Source of the DNA: an uncultured bacterium
GTDB lineage: Bacteria > Bacillota_I > Bacilli_A > RFN20 > CAG-826
Assembly: GCA_949283025.1 (NCBI GenBank)
Contig: CASDRB010000012.1
Span: forward strand, 197,384 to 261,383
Length of the DNA: 64,000 nucleotides
Direction: 5' to 3'
Shown here one piece after another: positions 20,949-29,947 of this stretch. The position numbers and the translations under genes were made by a program. How positions within the stretch are numbered: the first letter of the stretch is position 1; each line of letters opens with the position of its first letter. Below the pieces are notes generated by a model. The model had not been told where the DNA came from. It searched no databases and saw only the letters and a list, made by a program, of their open reading frames with translations.

Positions 20949-21995
20949 ATGAAAAAAATCGGCAATCTTTTTAAAGAACTTTTTTCAAAGGAACCTTATG
21001 GCTATTGTGTTTTGGGCGGAAGATTTGAAATATTAGGCAATCATACCGACCATAACCATGGATTGTGTCTATCAAGCAGTTGTGACATTTTAATAAAATC
21101 TGCTGTTAGTAAAAATGATACTCAATTTATAAATGTTCATTCAAAAGGATATGATTACATTCAAATTGATTTAAATGATTTAACGATAAATCAAAACGAG
21201 TACTACACCACCAAATCTTTAATAAAAGGGGTAATTTATTATTTAAAAAATAATAACTACAAAATTGGCGGATTTGATATGCTTTGTATCTCTGATATAA
21301 CACCTGGTTCAGGTGTCTCATCATCTGCAGCTTTTGAAGTTATGATAGGAAAGATAGTGTCTTGTTTATTTAATCAAGACAAAATTCCTGCCTTAACATT
21401 AGCTAAAGCCGGACAATATGCCGAGAATAAATATTTCAATAAATCTTGCGGCCTATTAGACCAAATAAGCGTCGCTTTTAATGGCGTTAAATTTATTGAT
21501 TTTAAAGATGTGGAAAATCCAACAATTGAAGAATTAGAATTTGATTTACCTATTGATTTTGTATTGATAAATCCAGGAAGCAGCCACGAAAACTTATCAA
21601 AATTGTATAAATCAATACCCGATGCAATGAAAAGAGTGGCTAATCGTTTTCAACAAAACTACTTAAGAGATGTGGACTACATCCAATTTTGCGAAAACTC
21701 AGATTTAAATTGTGATGATTTAATTGCCAAACACTTTTTTAAAGAAAACAAAAGAGTATTAAAGGGTGTACAAGCAATTAAAAATAATGATGTGGATGCA
21801 TTATTAGAAGCGATACGTTCATCTAATTTGTCTAATCGCATCAATCTTAATAACACCATGATTGATGGCCATTATGAGCATTCTCCTCAAGAGGCAATTG
21901 ATTATGCCTTTAGCATTACAAATGAAAAAGACATTGCTTGTAAAATTAATGGCGGCGGATTTGCCGGAACTATAATTTGTTTTATTAAAAAATAA
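20949..21995 (+). CDS. galK: Galactokinase (GHMP kinase)
   Basis: 348 aa. Galactokinase signature 'GRFEILGNHTDHNHG', the GHMP motif 'PGSGVSSSAAFEV' and C-terminal 'GGGFAGTII'. Divergent from the transporter-agaA-galM-galT operon. Confidence 0.75.
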   Translation: MKKIGNLFKELFSKEPYGYCVLGGRFEILGNHTDHNHGLCLSSSCDILIKSAVSKNDTQFINVHSKGYDYIQIDLNDLTINQNEYYTTKSLIKGVIYYLKNNNYKIGGFDMLCISDITPGSGVSSSAAFEVMIGKIVSCLFNQDKIPALTLAKAGQYAENKYFNKSCGLLDQISVAFNGVKFIDFKDVENPTIEELEFDLPIDFVLINPGSSHENLSKLYKSIPDAMKRVANRFQQNYLRDVDYIQFCENSDLNCDDLIAKHFFKENKRVLKGVQAIKNNDVDALLEAIRSSNLSNRINLNNTMIDGHYEHSPQEAIDYAFSITNEKDIACKINGGGFAGTIICFIKK

Positions 21996-22083
21996 AAAAC
22001 GATTCCGTTTGTCAACAAAATGCAAGAAAAATATGGCTTTGAAAACGTTAAGATATTACATAGTTTAAATCAAGGTCCAACTT

Positions 22084-23334
22084 TTATTTTAAATACTCAT
22101 CAATCATCGATTGAGTAACACCTTTGTTTTTAATAATTTCTTCAAAAAATTTCCCAGATTTTCTTATAGACAATATATCTTTTTCAAAATCATACGCGAC
22201 TAGACCAAACCTAGCGCTTTCCCCTTCTTTCCATTCGAAATTATCTAAAAAAGTCCATTGGTAATATCTTTTAACAAAATCTAAATCGCTGATCACTCTT
22301 AAATGATCATAAATATATAAACTTCTAAAATTATCTTTTGCATCGCAAGTTCCGTTTTCGGTGATATAAATATCGCCACCAAACATTTGATGATATTTTA
22401 TGCATGTATTTCTTAAACCGATTGGATAAATTGCCCAACCTAAATCATTTCTAGGGTATTTTGGATCGGGGGAATACGAAAAATGCGCGACATTATTGCT
22501 GGTGTAATAATTGATGCCTATATAATCATAATATTTGCCTTTTTTGCATCCAACAAATCCAATTGGAAAAGAAAATTTTCCCCATGCCATCGCTTTAATT
22601 GGAGCGTCATTAAAAGCTTTATCAAAAAAGTTTGTCTCCCATTGATAAATTAAATTTTTGGGATTTTTAGGTTTAAAATATTGAACATGATGAGCAAACC
22701 CAACATGCGCCATCGGGTCAATTTCATGTAATATTTGATATGATTTAATATGTGCAACGCATAAATTTTTTAACACTTTTTGCATGTGGAAAAAATTCTT
22801 TTCTTGATTTAACCATTCGCCAAATAAAAAGCAATTCACCGCGTAGACATTTGGCTCATTAATCGTGCAATACTCATGGCAATAGTATCTTAAATTTAAA
22901 GCGACAAATTTAACAAATTCAATGAATTTTTGCACATTTTTTCTTTTCAACCAACCACCAATTTGATCAAACCAAATCGGATTAGAAAAATGATGTAAAG
23001 TAATTAATGATTGAATATTATATGACTTTAAAAGTTTGATTTCTTCAATATATCTATCCATCACTTTTTGGTCAAATTTTCCTTCTTGAGGTTCGATTCT
23101 CGACCACTCTAATGAAAAACGATATATTTGAATTTTCATGTCTTTCATCAATTCAATATCGCGCTTATAATTTTCCCAATGTCGGTTTGCTCTTAAACAA
23201 TTAGTATGATCAATAGTCTTATCATTATTTTTGCACCACTCAAACCAACTGTTATTTTTATCTCCGCCCTCTATTTGAGTGGATGCAGTAGCAACTCCCA
23301 ATAAAAAAGATGGATTCAATTTAAAGGCTTTCAT
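22084..23334 (-). CDS. GH1 family (6-phospho-)beta-glucosidase/beta-galactosidase
   Basis: 416 aa. N-terminal GH1 signature 'FLLGVATASTQIEGG' and nucleophile motif 'YITENG'. Confidence 0.7.
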   Translation of the reverse strand: MKAFKLNPSFLLGVATASTQIEGGDKNNSWFEWCKNNDKTIDHTNCLRANRHWENYKRDIELMKDMKIQIYRFSLEWSRIEPQEGKFDQKVMDRYIEEIKLLKSYNIQSLITLHHFSNPIWFDQIGGWLKRKNVQKFIEFVKFVALNLRYYCHEYCTINEPNVYAVNCFLFGEWLNQEKNFFHMQKVLKNLCVAHIKSYQILHEIDPMAHVGFAHHVQYFKPKNPKNLIYQWETNFFDKAFNDAPIKAMAWGKFSFPIGFVGCKKGKYYDYIGINYYTSNNVAHFSYSPDPKYPRNDLGWAIYPIGLRNTCIKYHQMFGGDIYITENGTCDAKDNFRSLYIYDHLRVISDLDFVKRYYQWTFLDNFEWKEGESARFGLVAYDFEKDILSIRKSGKFFEEIIKNKGVTQSMIDEYLK

Positions 23335-23335
23335 A

Positions 23336-25018
23336 TTAATTCTCCTTTAGATAAACTCTAGCTTCGTATGGTTTTAAATAATTATCGTCATTCTCCATGT
23401 AATTTGATATTAATAGTTTATAATCACATAAATTTAGTTTTTTTGTTAATTTAATATTTTTGTTTTTAAAATTTGTCAAAGCTAAAAGAGTATGTTTTTT
23501 ATCCTTTCTTAAATAAGCAAAAATACTATTGCTATGTTTTAAAATAGTAATATATTTCCCGTCTTTAATAACTGGGTATTTTTTTCTAATTTCAATAATC
23601 TTTTGATAATAATAAAAGACACTATTTGAATCATTGATAGCATTTTTTACATTAATTTTTTCATAGTTTGAATTCATTCTAATCCATGGCTTGACACTAG
23701 AAAATCCACCGTATGAGCTATCATCCCAAGCCATAGGAATTCGAGCGTTGTCTCTGCTGACTTCAAAAATATATTTTTTTATTAATAATCCTATTAATTT
23801 ATTCTTCTGACTAAGAGCATACATGTTTTTTGCTTCAACATCTTTTATTTCATCAATAGATTTAAAATAAGCGTTAGTCGTACCTATTTCTTGACCTTGA
23901 TAAATAAACGGGGTGCCTTGAAGGAAAAAATAAAATGTCGCAAGCATTTTACTAGATTCGACTCGATATTTTTGATCGCATGTTCCAAATCTGCCAACTG
24001 AGCGTCTTTGATCATGATTTTCAATAAATAAAGAGTTCCAGCCTTTTTGATATAGACCATCTTGCCATCGTTGAATAACCTTTCTTAATTTTTTGACTTT
24101 AAACTTCGCCTTTAAGTATTTAACACCAAAATAATTATCGGTGTCAGTATGGTCAAAATTAAAAACCATGTCTAATTCTTGGCGTTTAGGATCAACCAAA
24201 TTTTTGGCTTGTTTTAAAGACGATAACACCGTTTCCCCTACGGTCATACAATCGTAATCAGCGTATGCTTTTACATATAATTCATGAAGGTATTCATGCA
24301 ATCTAGGGCCATTAATATAAGCATCTTTTCCTGTTAGTGCCAATTTAGGGAAGCGATTTTTAAAATCTTGTTTTTTAGATATTAAAGTAATGACATCGCA
24401 CCTAAACCCATCTACTCCTAAATCAAGCCAAAAACGAAGAATATTAATAACTTCTTCTCTTACTTTTTCATTTTCCCAATTTAAATCAGGTTGTCCTTTT
24501 GCGAATAGATGCAAATAATATTCATCACTATTTGGATTTTCTTTTTCCCAAGTAGAACCACCAAAAAATCCTGTCCAATTATTCGGTGGCTTTTTGCCGT
24601 TGTTTTTTCCTTTTTTAAATATGTAGTAATTGCGATAAGGACTATTTTTATTTTTTAAAGCTTCTTGAAACCATCGATGTTGGTTAGAAGTGTGATTAAC
24701 CACCAAATCCATGATAATTCTAATACCTTTTTCGTGAGCCTTTTTGATAAGCGTTTTCATATCATCTAAAGTTCCAAAAGGTGGATAAATATCATAATAA
24801 TTTGCTATATCGTATCCATTATCTTCTTGTGGTGAATCATAAACAGGAGATAACCAAATGCAATTTATTCCTAATTGCTTTAAATAATCCAATTTAGAAA
24901 TAATTCCTGGAATATCACCAAAGCCATCTGCGTTAGAATCTTTAAAAGAGCGTGGATAGATTTGATAAATTATTGCATCTTTATACCAATCAGTATGTTT
25001 CATATTTTTACCTTCCAA
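23336..25018 (-). CDS. GH13 alpha-glucosidase (oligo-1,6-glucosidase / sucrose-isomaltose-trehalose-6-P hydrolase subfamily)
   Basis: 560 aa. 'DAIIYQIYPRSF', region I 'DLVVNHTS', region II 'GFRCDVI', region IV 'FIENHDQRR'. Confidence 0.8.
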   Translation of the reverse strand: MEGKNMKHTDWYKDAIIYQIYPRSFKDSNADGFGDIPGIISKLDYLKQLGINCIWLSPVYDSPQEDNGYDIANYYDIYPPFGTLDDMKTLIKKAHEKGIRIIMDLVVNHTSNQHRWFQEALKNKNSPYRNYYIFKKGKNNGKKPPNNWTGFFGGSTWEKENPNSDEYYLHLFAKGQPDLNWENEKVREEVINILRFWLDLGVDGFRCDVITLISKKQDFKNRFPKLALTGKDAYINGPRLHEYLHELYVKAYADYDCMTVGETVLSSLKQAKNLVDPKRQELDMVFNFDHTDTDNYFGVKYLKAKFKVKKLRKVIQRWQDGLYQKGWNSLFIENHDQRRSVGRFGTCDQKYRVESSKMLATFYFFLQGTPFIYQGQEIGTTNAYFKSIDEIKDVEAKNMYALSQKNKLIGLLIKKYIFEVSRDNARIPMAWDDSSYGGFSSVKPWIRMNSNYEKINVKNAINDSNSVFYYYQKIIEIRKKYPVIKDGKYITILKHSNSIFAYLRKDKKHTLLALTNFKNKNIKLTKKLNLCDYKLLISNYMENDDNYLKPYEARVYLKEN

Positions 25019-25065
25019 AAATATTTTAACAACTTTTCATAAAAATTATCTATAATATCGTTAAT

Positions 25066-25506
25066 ATGAAAATATTAATTGTTTCAGATAGTCATGGTGA
25101 TCAAGACACATTAAATCAAATTTTATTACAAAATCCAAGAATGGATTTATATTTACACGCTGGCGATTCTTTACAAAACCCATATACACTAAAACCATTT
25201 ATTTCAGTCAAAGGAAACTGCGATTACGATATAAATTTATTAGAAAATATCAAATTGAAAACTCCATACGGTTATTTATATATGCAGCATAAACCTTATT
25301 TTTCATCCAATGTTTTAAATGATGACAACATAAAAATATTTATAAGTGGTCATACTCATATTCGACAATTTAAAAAAATAGATAACAAATATTTTATCAA
25401 CCCTGGTTCAATTGCTTTTTCAAGAGACCCTTTGGGGCCATCTTATTGCATATTAACAATTGATAAAAATAATGTTGATTGTCAATTTATTAATTTGTCT
25501 ATTTAG
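25066..25506 (+). CDS. YfcE-like metallophosphoesterase (phosphodiesterase MPP family)
   Basis: 146 aa. 'ILIVSDSHGD', 'HAGD' and 'GHTH' metal-binding motifs. Confidence 0.7.
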   Translation: MKILIVSDSHGDQDTLNQILLQNPRMDLYLHAGDSLQNPYTLKPFISVKGNCDYDINLLENIKLKTPYGYLYMQHKPYFSSNVLNDDNIKIFISGHTHIRQFKKIDNKYFINPGSIAFSRDPLGPSYCILTIDKNNVDCQFINLSI

Positions 25507-26041
25507 ATAAGTAAGTATATATACAATGCGGGATAGATTCAAACCAAGCCTTCATCATTATTGGATATTCTTCAATTTTAATTCTATTTCTCACTAATCG
25601 ATAAACAAATGTAACGTCAGAAAGCGCCAGCGCCTCTGCCCCTCTTATTATATAATATTCATTAATATCAGCGCCCAATGCTTTTAAATGCTTAAGCAAA
25701 GCGTCTTGGTATGTTTTTATTAAGTCATAATAAATAAAATATGGCTCATCGTATTTTAATATATTTTTAACAAAATTAAAATTTTCCAAAATAGATTTAT
25801 AAGTCGTATAAATTCTTTGTCGCCAAGGATATGTAGTATTTTCTGGATTTTTAAAAGAAGCTAATATTACATCTTTCAATACATTAGACATAACATCATA
25901 TTTATCTTTAAAATAATAATAAAAACTAGCCTTAGCTACTTGAGCATTTTGGATTATTGTATCCGTTTTTACCTTATCCATCGGTTTTTTAGATAAAAGA
26001 TCAAACGCAGCAATTTTAATTTTTTGTTCAATGTTTTTCAC
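25499..26041 (-). CDS. TetR/AcrR family transcriptional regulator
   Basis: 180 aa with an N-terminal HTH ('...VKTDTIIQNAQVAKASFYYYFKDKYDVM'). Confidence 0.7.
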   Translation of the reverse strand: MKNIEQKIKIAAFDLLSKKPMDKVKTDTIIQNAQVAKASFYYYFKDKYDVMSNVLKDVILASFKNPENTTYPWRQRIYTTYKSILENFNFVKNILKYDEPYFIYYDLIKTYQDALLKHLKALGADINEYYIIRGAEALALSDVTFVYRLVRNRIKIEEYPIMMKAWFESIPHCIYTYLSK

Positions 26042-26063
26042 AAGATTAATTTTATATTATTTT

Positions 26064-26972
26064 TTATTTTTTAGAAACGCTGATATTATATTTTTTTAAT
26101 TTATCATTCATTTTTTTAAAGTATGGATAAAACAATTTAAAATATCCTTTTGTCTTTGGATTTATATAATTGTCTTCTACAGTAAAATCATTAGAAATTC
26201 TTTTAAAATTATAAGGAGTATTCACTTTCCAATGATTTAATATTCCAAATTTAATAGCGTCATGCGGGCAATACATTGTGCAGTGCATACACATTGAACA
26301 ATGTGACGATATTTTTAATTTCCCTTTTTTGTCTTTATAAATAGCGTTAGTTGGGCATAAATTATAACATGTGCCACAATCGACACAAGATTTCATATTA
26401 ACGCTAGAAAACCATGAATTTATGCAAGGCGCAATCCATTCAATTCTCAACAACGTTGATACTAACCGGTATCTTAATTTATATTTAACTTGTTCTTCTT
26501 CACCTAAGGATATTCGTTTAGCAATCATTTGACATATTGGTTCGCAATATAACAATTGTTGCTTAACAACTTCATCTTTATATCTAAACATGATGTTATA
26601 TGGCAAAATAATGTGTTCTTCTAAAATTAATTTATAACCTTTTTTTATTATTTTTTTATAAAAATGATAAGATGAACTATCATTTAAATGATAAGGCTCT
26701 CCAGACGTCTTAAAAATAAACATTTTTTTATCCTTAACGTTTGGCAATTGCTTTAAGAATTTATTAAACGCTGCAGGAACATTAAAAGCATGAATTGGAT
26801 AACCAATTCCAACATAATCATAATCATTAGGGTCAGGAACATTGACTATTGATTTTTTATATTGATATAAATCGACTTGAAAACCATACTCGCTCAAATG
26901 TTTAGCAATATATTTAGCACATAATTTCGTGTTCCCGGTTCCACTAAAATAGTATAAAACCGCTTTTTTCAT
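26064..26972 (-). CDS. Flavodoxin-like domain fused to 2x[4Fe-4S] ferredoxin (EFR1-family ferredoxin-like protein)
   Basis: 302 aa. N-terminal 'VLYYFSGTGNTKLCAKYIAK' (flavodoxin fold) and C-terminal 'CVDCGTCYNLCP' and 'CSMCMHCTMYCP'. Confidence 0.55.
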   Translation of the reverse strand: MKKAVLYYFSGTGNTKLCAKYIAKHLSEYGFQVDLYQYKKSIVNVPDPNDYDYVGIGYPIHAFNVPAAFNKFLKQLPNVKDKKMFIFKTSGEPYHLNDSSSYHFYKKIIKKGYKLILEEHIILPYNIMFRYKDEVVKQQLLYCEPICQMIAKRISLGEEEQVKYKLRYRLVSTLLRIEWIAPCINSWFSSVNMKSCVDCGTCYNLCPTNAIYKDKKGKLKISSHCSMCMHCTMYCPHDAIKFGILNHWKVNTPYNFKRISNDFTVEDNYINPKTKGYFKLFYPYFKKMNDKLKKYNISVSKK

Positions 26973-26983
26973 ATAATAATTGT

Positions 26984-27988
26984 CTATTTAAATGATCTGT
27001 TTGGATAACAAGCTTCCATCGTTTCTTCGATTCCTTCTTTCAAACCACCTCTTGTTATATGCAATTCGTTACATACTTTATCCATTACTTCAGGGGAAAC
27101 AACAATGTCTGCTGACATGATTTGTTTCATGACTCTAACCAAATCTAATCCAGGTTGTTTGCCTTGTTTTGCCTCTTTTTTGACAATAGCTTTAGCACCT
27201 AATGCGCAAATCCAACCAGCAGGGTTAATTATTTTTCTTGTTTTGCCAGTTGCCGCAATCATCATCGTATCAAGCATCCAATTATAAGATTTATTTTCAT
27301 CACCAATCGGATAATATTCTCCATCTTTACCATATTCAATAGCGCCTATTCCTGCCTCTGCAATATGTTTGACATGAGTCATGGTTGTTGAACCTTTTGG
27401 AAAGAAAATAGTCTTTTTATTATAAGCAAATCTATCTAAAAATGTAGCTTTCCATAATGGAATACGTTTAGGCATCGAACCAAAAATATATGGCAATTCT
27501 AACACCACAACTTCCATTTTCTTTTTTTGCTCATTTAAAAGTGCAGCTTGTTCAACCCTAGCTCTTATATATGGGTGATATTTAGCCAATTCTAATTCAG
27601 GATAAGTTTTATTAAAATGGGTAAAATAAGAATTATAAACAACAGATTTTTTAATGCCAGCTTTTTCAGCTGCTCTAAAACATTTAGCACAATGATCGAC
27701 TAATCTTAATTTGAAAAATTCATATGCCGGAGCAGGCGGAGTATCGCGATCATCTGGTCCAATTGAATAAATCATATAATCATATCCTTTTAACAATTTG
27801 ACCAATTCCTCTTCTTTTGCTTCAAAAACATCACAAATTGTTACTTTCACTTCTTTTGGCCACCAGCCAGTTAAATCAACGTCATCAATAGCAATAACGC
27901 CTACTTCATAACCTTTTTGTAAAGCTAATAAAACAGTGTGGTAACCTAAAAACCCGGTTCCACCCATAACCATAATTTTTTTTGCCAT
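26984..27988 (-). CDS. NAD(P)-dependent epimerase/dehydratase (extended SDR / NmrA-like) oxidoreductase
   Basis: 334 aa with a Rossmann N-terminus 'IMVMGGTGFLGYH'. Confidence 0.6.
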   Translation of the reverse strand: MAKKIMVMGGTGFLGYHTVLLALQKGYEVGVIAIDDVDLTGWWPKEVKVTICDVFEAKEEELVKLLKGYDYMIYSIGPDDRDTPPAPAYEFFKLRLVDHCAKCFRAAEKAGIKKSVVYNSYFTHFNKTYPELELAKYHPYIRARVEQAALLNEQKKKMEVVVLELPYIFGSMPKRIPLWKATFLDRFAYNKKTIFFPKGSTTMTHVKHIAEAGIGAIEYGKDGEYYPIGDENKSYNWMLDTMMIAATGKTRKIINPAGWICALGAKAIVKKEAKQGKQPGLDLVRVMKQIMSADIVVSPEVMDKVCNELHITRGGLKEGIEETMEACYPNRSFK

Positions 27989-28279
27989 CTATGTTTCTCC
28001 TTTTTATGACTAGTTTAATTATATGTTAGTTTTATACAAAGAAACACTAATTTTTCAACAATTTTATCAAAAATGTTTAATAATCTTTAATTAATTATAT
28101 CGATTATTGTTTTACACATTATATTTAACAAATAAAAAATCATGCACATATATATTAAATAAAATTAGAGATATAGCGTTTTTTTGAACTTTTTTATTAT
28201 TTAGTCTATATTTAAAATGAGTTCGATTGTAATTAAAAATATTATAAATATTTTATGTAAACGAAAATTTTTTTGTTAA

Positions 28280-28311
28280 TTGATACATAATTTTGTAAAA
28301 GATTGTATAAT
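28280..28311 (+). promoter_or_regulatory. Putative sigma-A-type promoter for the fibre-subunit operon
   Basis: TATAAT at 28306-28311, preceded by TTG (gattgTATAAT). TTGATA at 28280-28285 lies at a non-ideal 20-nt spacing. The site is in a 365-bp AT-rich gap, about 40 nt upstream of RBS AAGGAGA and ATG 28354. Confidence 0.3.
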
Positions 28312-28353
28312 GTAAAAGATTGCAAAACCTTTTATCAAGGAAGGAGAACTTAG

Positions 28354-29133
28354 ATGAAAAAATTAACAAAGCATGCAAGTAGAAGAAAATGGATTCTTGG
28401 TGGCGTACTAGCTTTTGCTGGCGTAACTCTATTAACTGTTGGTACTGCTACTTGGATTGTTGGACAAGATAGTTCTAGCAAAGATGAAGACATTCAAGTA
28501 TCAGTTGACTCAGTTGAAAATAGGTCAGTAGTGTTGACGACCAAATTATCAGATAGTGCGATTGAATTAAAAGAGACTAAGGAACCAGCAGAAGACGGTA
28601 TTCTAGGACTTGAAGGTGGAGCGACTCCAGATGCATTAAAAATTACATTTAGTGAAATTAAATTAACTTATGGTAACAATTATTTCAATTCGGATAGCGA
28701 TAGTTTAAAATTTGATTTTTCAATCAAATATCACGACGAAGAAGGTAGCGCTACAAATTCGCAAAATTTAGTTAAAGAAAGTAAAATTGGCACTAAGCGA
28801 GTTCAAGATAAAACAGCAGCTTCTATTAAAAATGAAAGCAATGATTCGTGGGAATATGTTGCTGCACCTGAACCATTGACTTTATCTGGCAGCGGAGGAA
28901 CTGGTGATACAGATCCTACTAGCGGTTTAAAAACTATCACATACACTAGTAAAACTGTAGAATTTAGATGGGGTAGCTTCTTTAATAATGAATCACCTTG
29001 CACATATTACAACAAATTGACTTTTGACAATGAATTAAAAGCGATGAATGATATTACTAATGAATTAGAAGCTATGCAAGTTTTAAGTAAAATTAGTTTA
29101 ACTATCTCTGTTTCAGTTGTTAAAGGAGCTTAA
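28354..29133 (+). CDS. Secreted protein with SipW-cognate (TasA/camelysin-type) N-terminal signal peptide. Paralog 1 of 5. Candidate fibre/matrix subunit.
   Basis: 259 aa. N-terminus 'KKWILGGVLAFAGVTLLTVGTATWIVGQDSS' has a basic n-region, a hydrophobic core and a G-T-A-T-W-x-x-G-x-D box, resembling B. subtilis TasA '...GGGTWAAFND'. Strong RBS. Clear paralogy to the next ORF ('DIQVSVDSVENRSVVLTT' versus 'NITVSVADVQDKSLIITE'). Confidence 0.5.
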   Translation: MKKLTKHASRRKWILGGVLAFAGVTLLTVGTATWIVGQDSSSKDEDIQVSVDSVENRSVVLTTKLSDSAIELKETKEPAEDGILGLEGGATPDALKITFSEIKLTYGNNYFNSDSDSLKFDFSIKYHDEEGSATNSQNLVKESKIGTKRVQDKTAASIKNESNDSWEYVAAPEPLTLSGSGGTGDTDPTSGLKTITYTSKTVEFRWGSFFNNESPCTYYNKLTFDNELKAMNDITNELEAMQVLSKISLTISVSVVKGA

Positions 29134-29135
29134 AA

Positions 29136-29873
29136 ATGAAAATTAAACACAATAAAATTTTAACCTATTCAATGTTAGGTTTAGCTGCTGTATCATTAGT
29201 AGGCGTCGCGTTTTCATCATGGTTAGTCCAAGAGACTCAAGGAGCAAAAGTTGAAAACATCACTGTGTCAGTCGCCGATGTTCAAGACAAAAGTTTAATC
29301 ATAACTGAAGCAAAAGTTGATGAATATAATAAGACTTTCCTTTTTGATGCTAAAGAAGATGATACAACTGGGCCTATTATTTATACAGGTGAGACTGGTG
29401 GGGAAGATTTGAATTTTGGAATTACTTTTAAAGTAGAAAAAGCCTTAAATGCAAATGGCACTGCCGCTGCAGATAATTTTGGTGGCGTCTATGTTAAATG
29501 GGAAGTCACTGACGATGATGCCGGACGAGCTTTAAAAAACGCTATAACTAATAATTACATTGTTTCACCTTTGTCCGATAGCAATGTTGCTCTTCCTTCA
29601 TTTACTAATATTGGAGCTGATAGCGGAACTACTGTTAGTGGAACTAATGTTCAGGTCACATATGATGCTGATACAGTAACTAAAACCACTCTTACTGTTT
29701 CAGTCACATTTAGTTTTGCTTGGGGGAGTAAAACTGGCAGTCAAAATCCAGGAGAGTATGCTACTACCGATGATCCCGCTACTACACAAACTGCATTACA
29801 AGTTTTAATTGATTTGCAAGCCGCTAATAATGCGAAGTTTAACATTGTCTTAACTCCATTTTTAAAAGCATAA
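29136..29873 (+). CDS. Secreted protein with SipW-cognate signal peptide. Paralog 2 of 5.
   Basis: 245 aa. 'LGLAAVSLVGVAFSSWLVQETQGA'. RBS AAAGGAG. Thr/Ser/Asp/Asn-rich beta-type composition. Followed by a terminator. Confidence 0.5.
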   Translation: MKIKHNKILTYSMLGLAAVSLVGVAFSSWLVQETQGAKVENITVSVADVQDKSLIITEAKVDEYNKTFLFDAKEDDTTGPIIYTGETGGEDLNFGITFKVEKALNANGTAAADNFGGVYVKWEVTDDDAGRALKNAITNNYIVSPLSDSNVALPSFTNIGADSGTTVSGTNVQVTYDADTVTKTTLTVSVTFSFAWGSKTGSQNPGEYATTDDPATTQTALQVLIDLQAANNAKFNIVLTPFLKA

Positions 29874-29894
29874 TAAATTTATCAATAAACTTTT

Positions 29895-29924
29895 AACGCC
29901 TTTTTAGGCGTTTCTTCTTTTTTA
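29895..29924 (+). terminator. Rho-independent (probably partial) terminator between the subunit genes and the signal-peptidase gene
   Basis: Stem aacgcct / aggcgtt with loop tttt, then tcttctttttt. Confidence 0.5.
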
Positions 29925-29947
29925 TATGCGCGCACGCATAATAACCT

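Noticed and set aside
20842-28353. Possible tRNA/ncRNA or riboswitch in the larger intergenic gaps (20842-20948, 27989-28353, 62526-62896, 12575-12793)
   Set aside because: All are very AT-rich. None shows GC-rich cloverleaf-like segments or conserved riboswitch cores recognisable by eye. The 12575-12793 region is best explained as the long csp 5' leader.
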